This document shows, one piece after another, positions 63,976 through 64,000 of a stretch of DNA of 64,000 nucleotides (positions are counted from its first letter, which is position 1; each line of letters opens with the position of its first letter). The translations under genes and the position numbers were made by a program. The stretch is from Felis catus (lineage: Eukaryota): positions 13,144,001-13,208,000 of the forward strand of contig NC_058368.1 of NCBI RefSeq assembly GCF_018350175.1, read 5' to 3'. The notes beneath the pieces were generated by a model. The model had not been told where the DNA came from and searched no databases. It saw only the letters and a program-made list of their open reading frames with translations.

Positions 63976-64000
63976 CAGGTGTGTAGGCATAAAGAAGAAT

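Overview
Repeat-rich, AT-rich mammalian genomic DNA from a felid (cat family). The assignment rests on 23 tRNA-derived carnivore SINEs, two with the young SINEC_Fc-type head, and a full-length carnivore L1. I found no recognisable host protein-coding exon, RNA gene or CpG island, and nearly all long ORFs in the track are L1 or SINE artefacts. Main contents: (1) a full-length but inactivated L1 on the minus strand (20531-27394) with a perfect 17-bp target-site duplication (TSD); (2) a CpG-retaining solo ERV LTR (3480-4018); (3) a decayed ERV-L internal region with gag/protease/RT/RNaseH/dUTPase remnants (about 60365-63745), carrying nested MLT1, MER58A-like and SINE insertions; (4) several MaLR and ERV1-like LTRs and many old L1M, L2 and MIR fragments. 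A strong minus-strand bias of the insertions suggests, but does not prove, a long intron of a plus-strand gene. Most unusual structures: an 88-bp near-perfect inverted duplication (17055-17258) whose three mismatches are all A.C on the plus strand and G.U on the minus strand; two diverged copies, 45 kb apart, of an AT-rich segment I cannot assign to a repeat family; three SINEs stacked at one target site; several template-switch micro-rearrangements; and candidate recursive splice sites and micro-exons. None of this establishes a new biological system from sequence alone. Repeat subfamily names and old-repeat boundaries are by eye and approximate.
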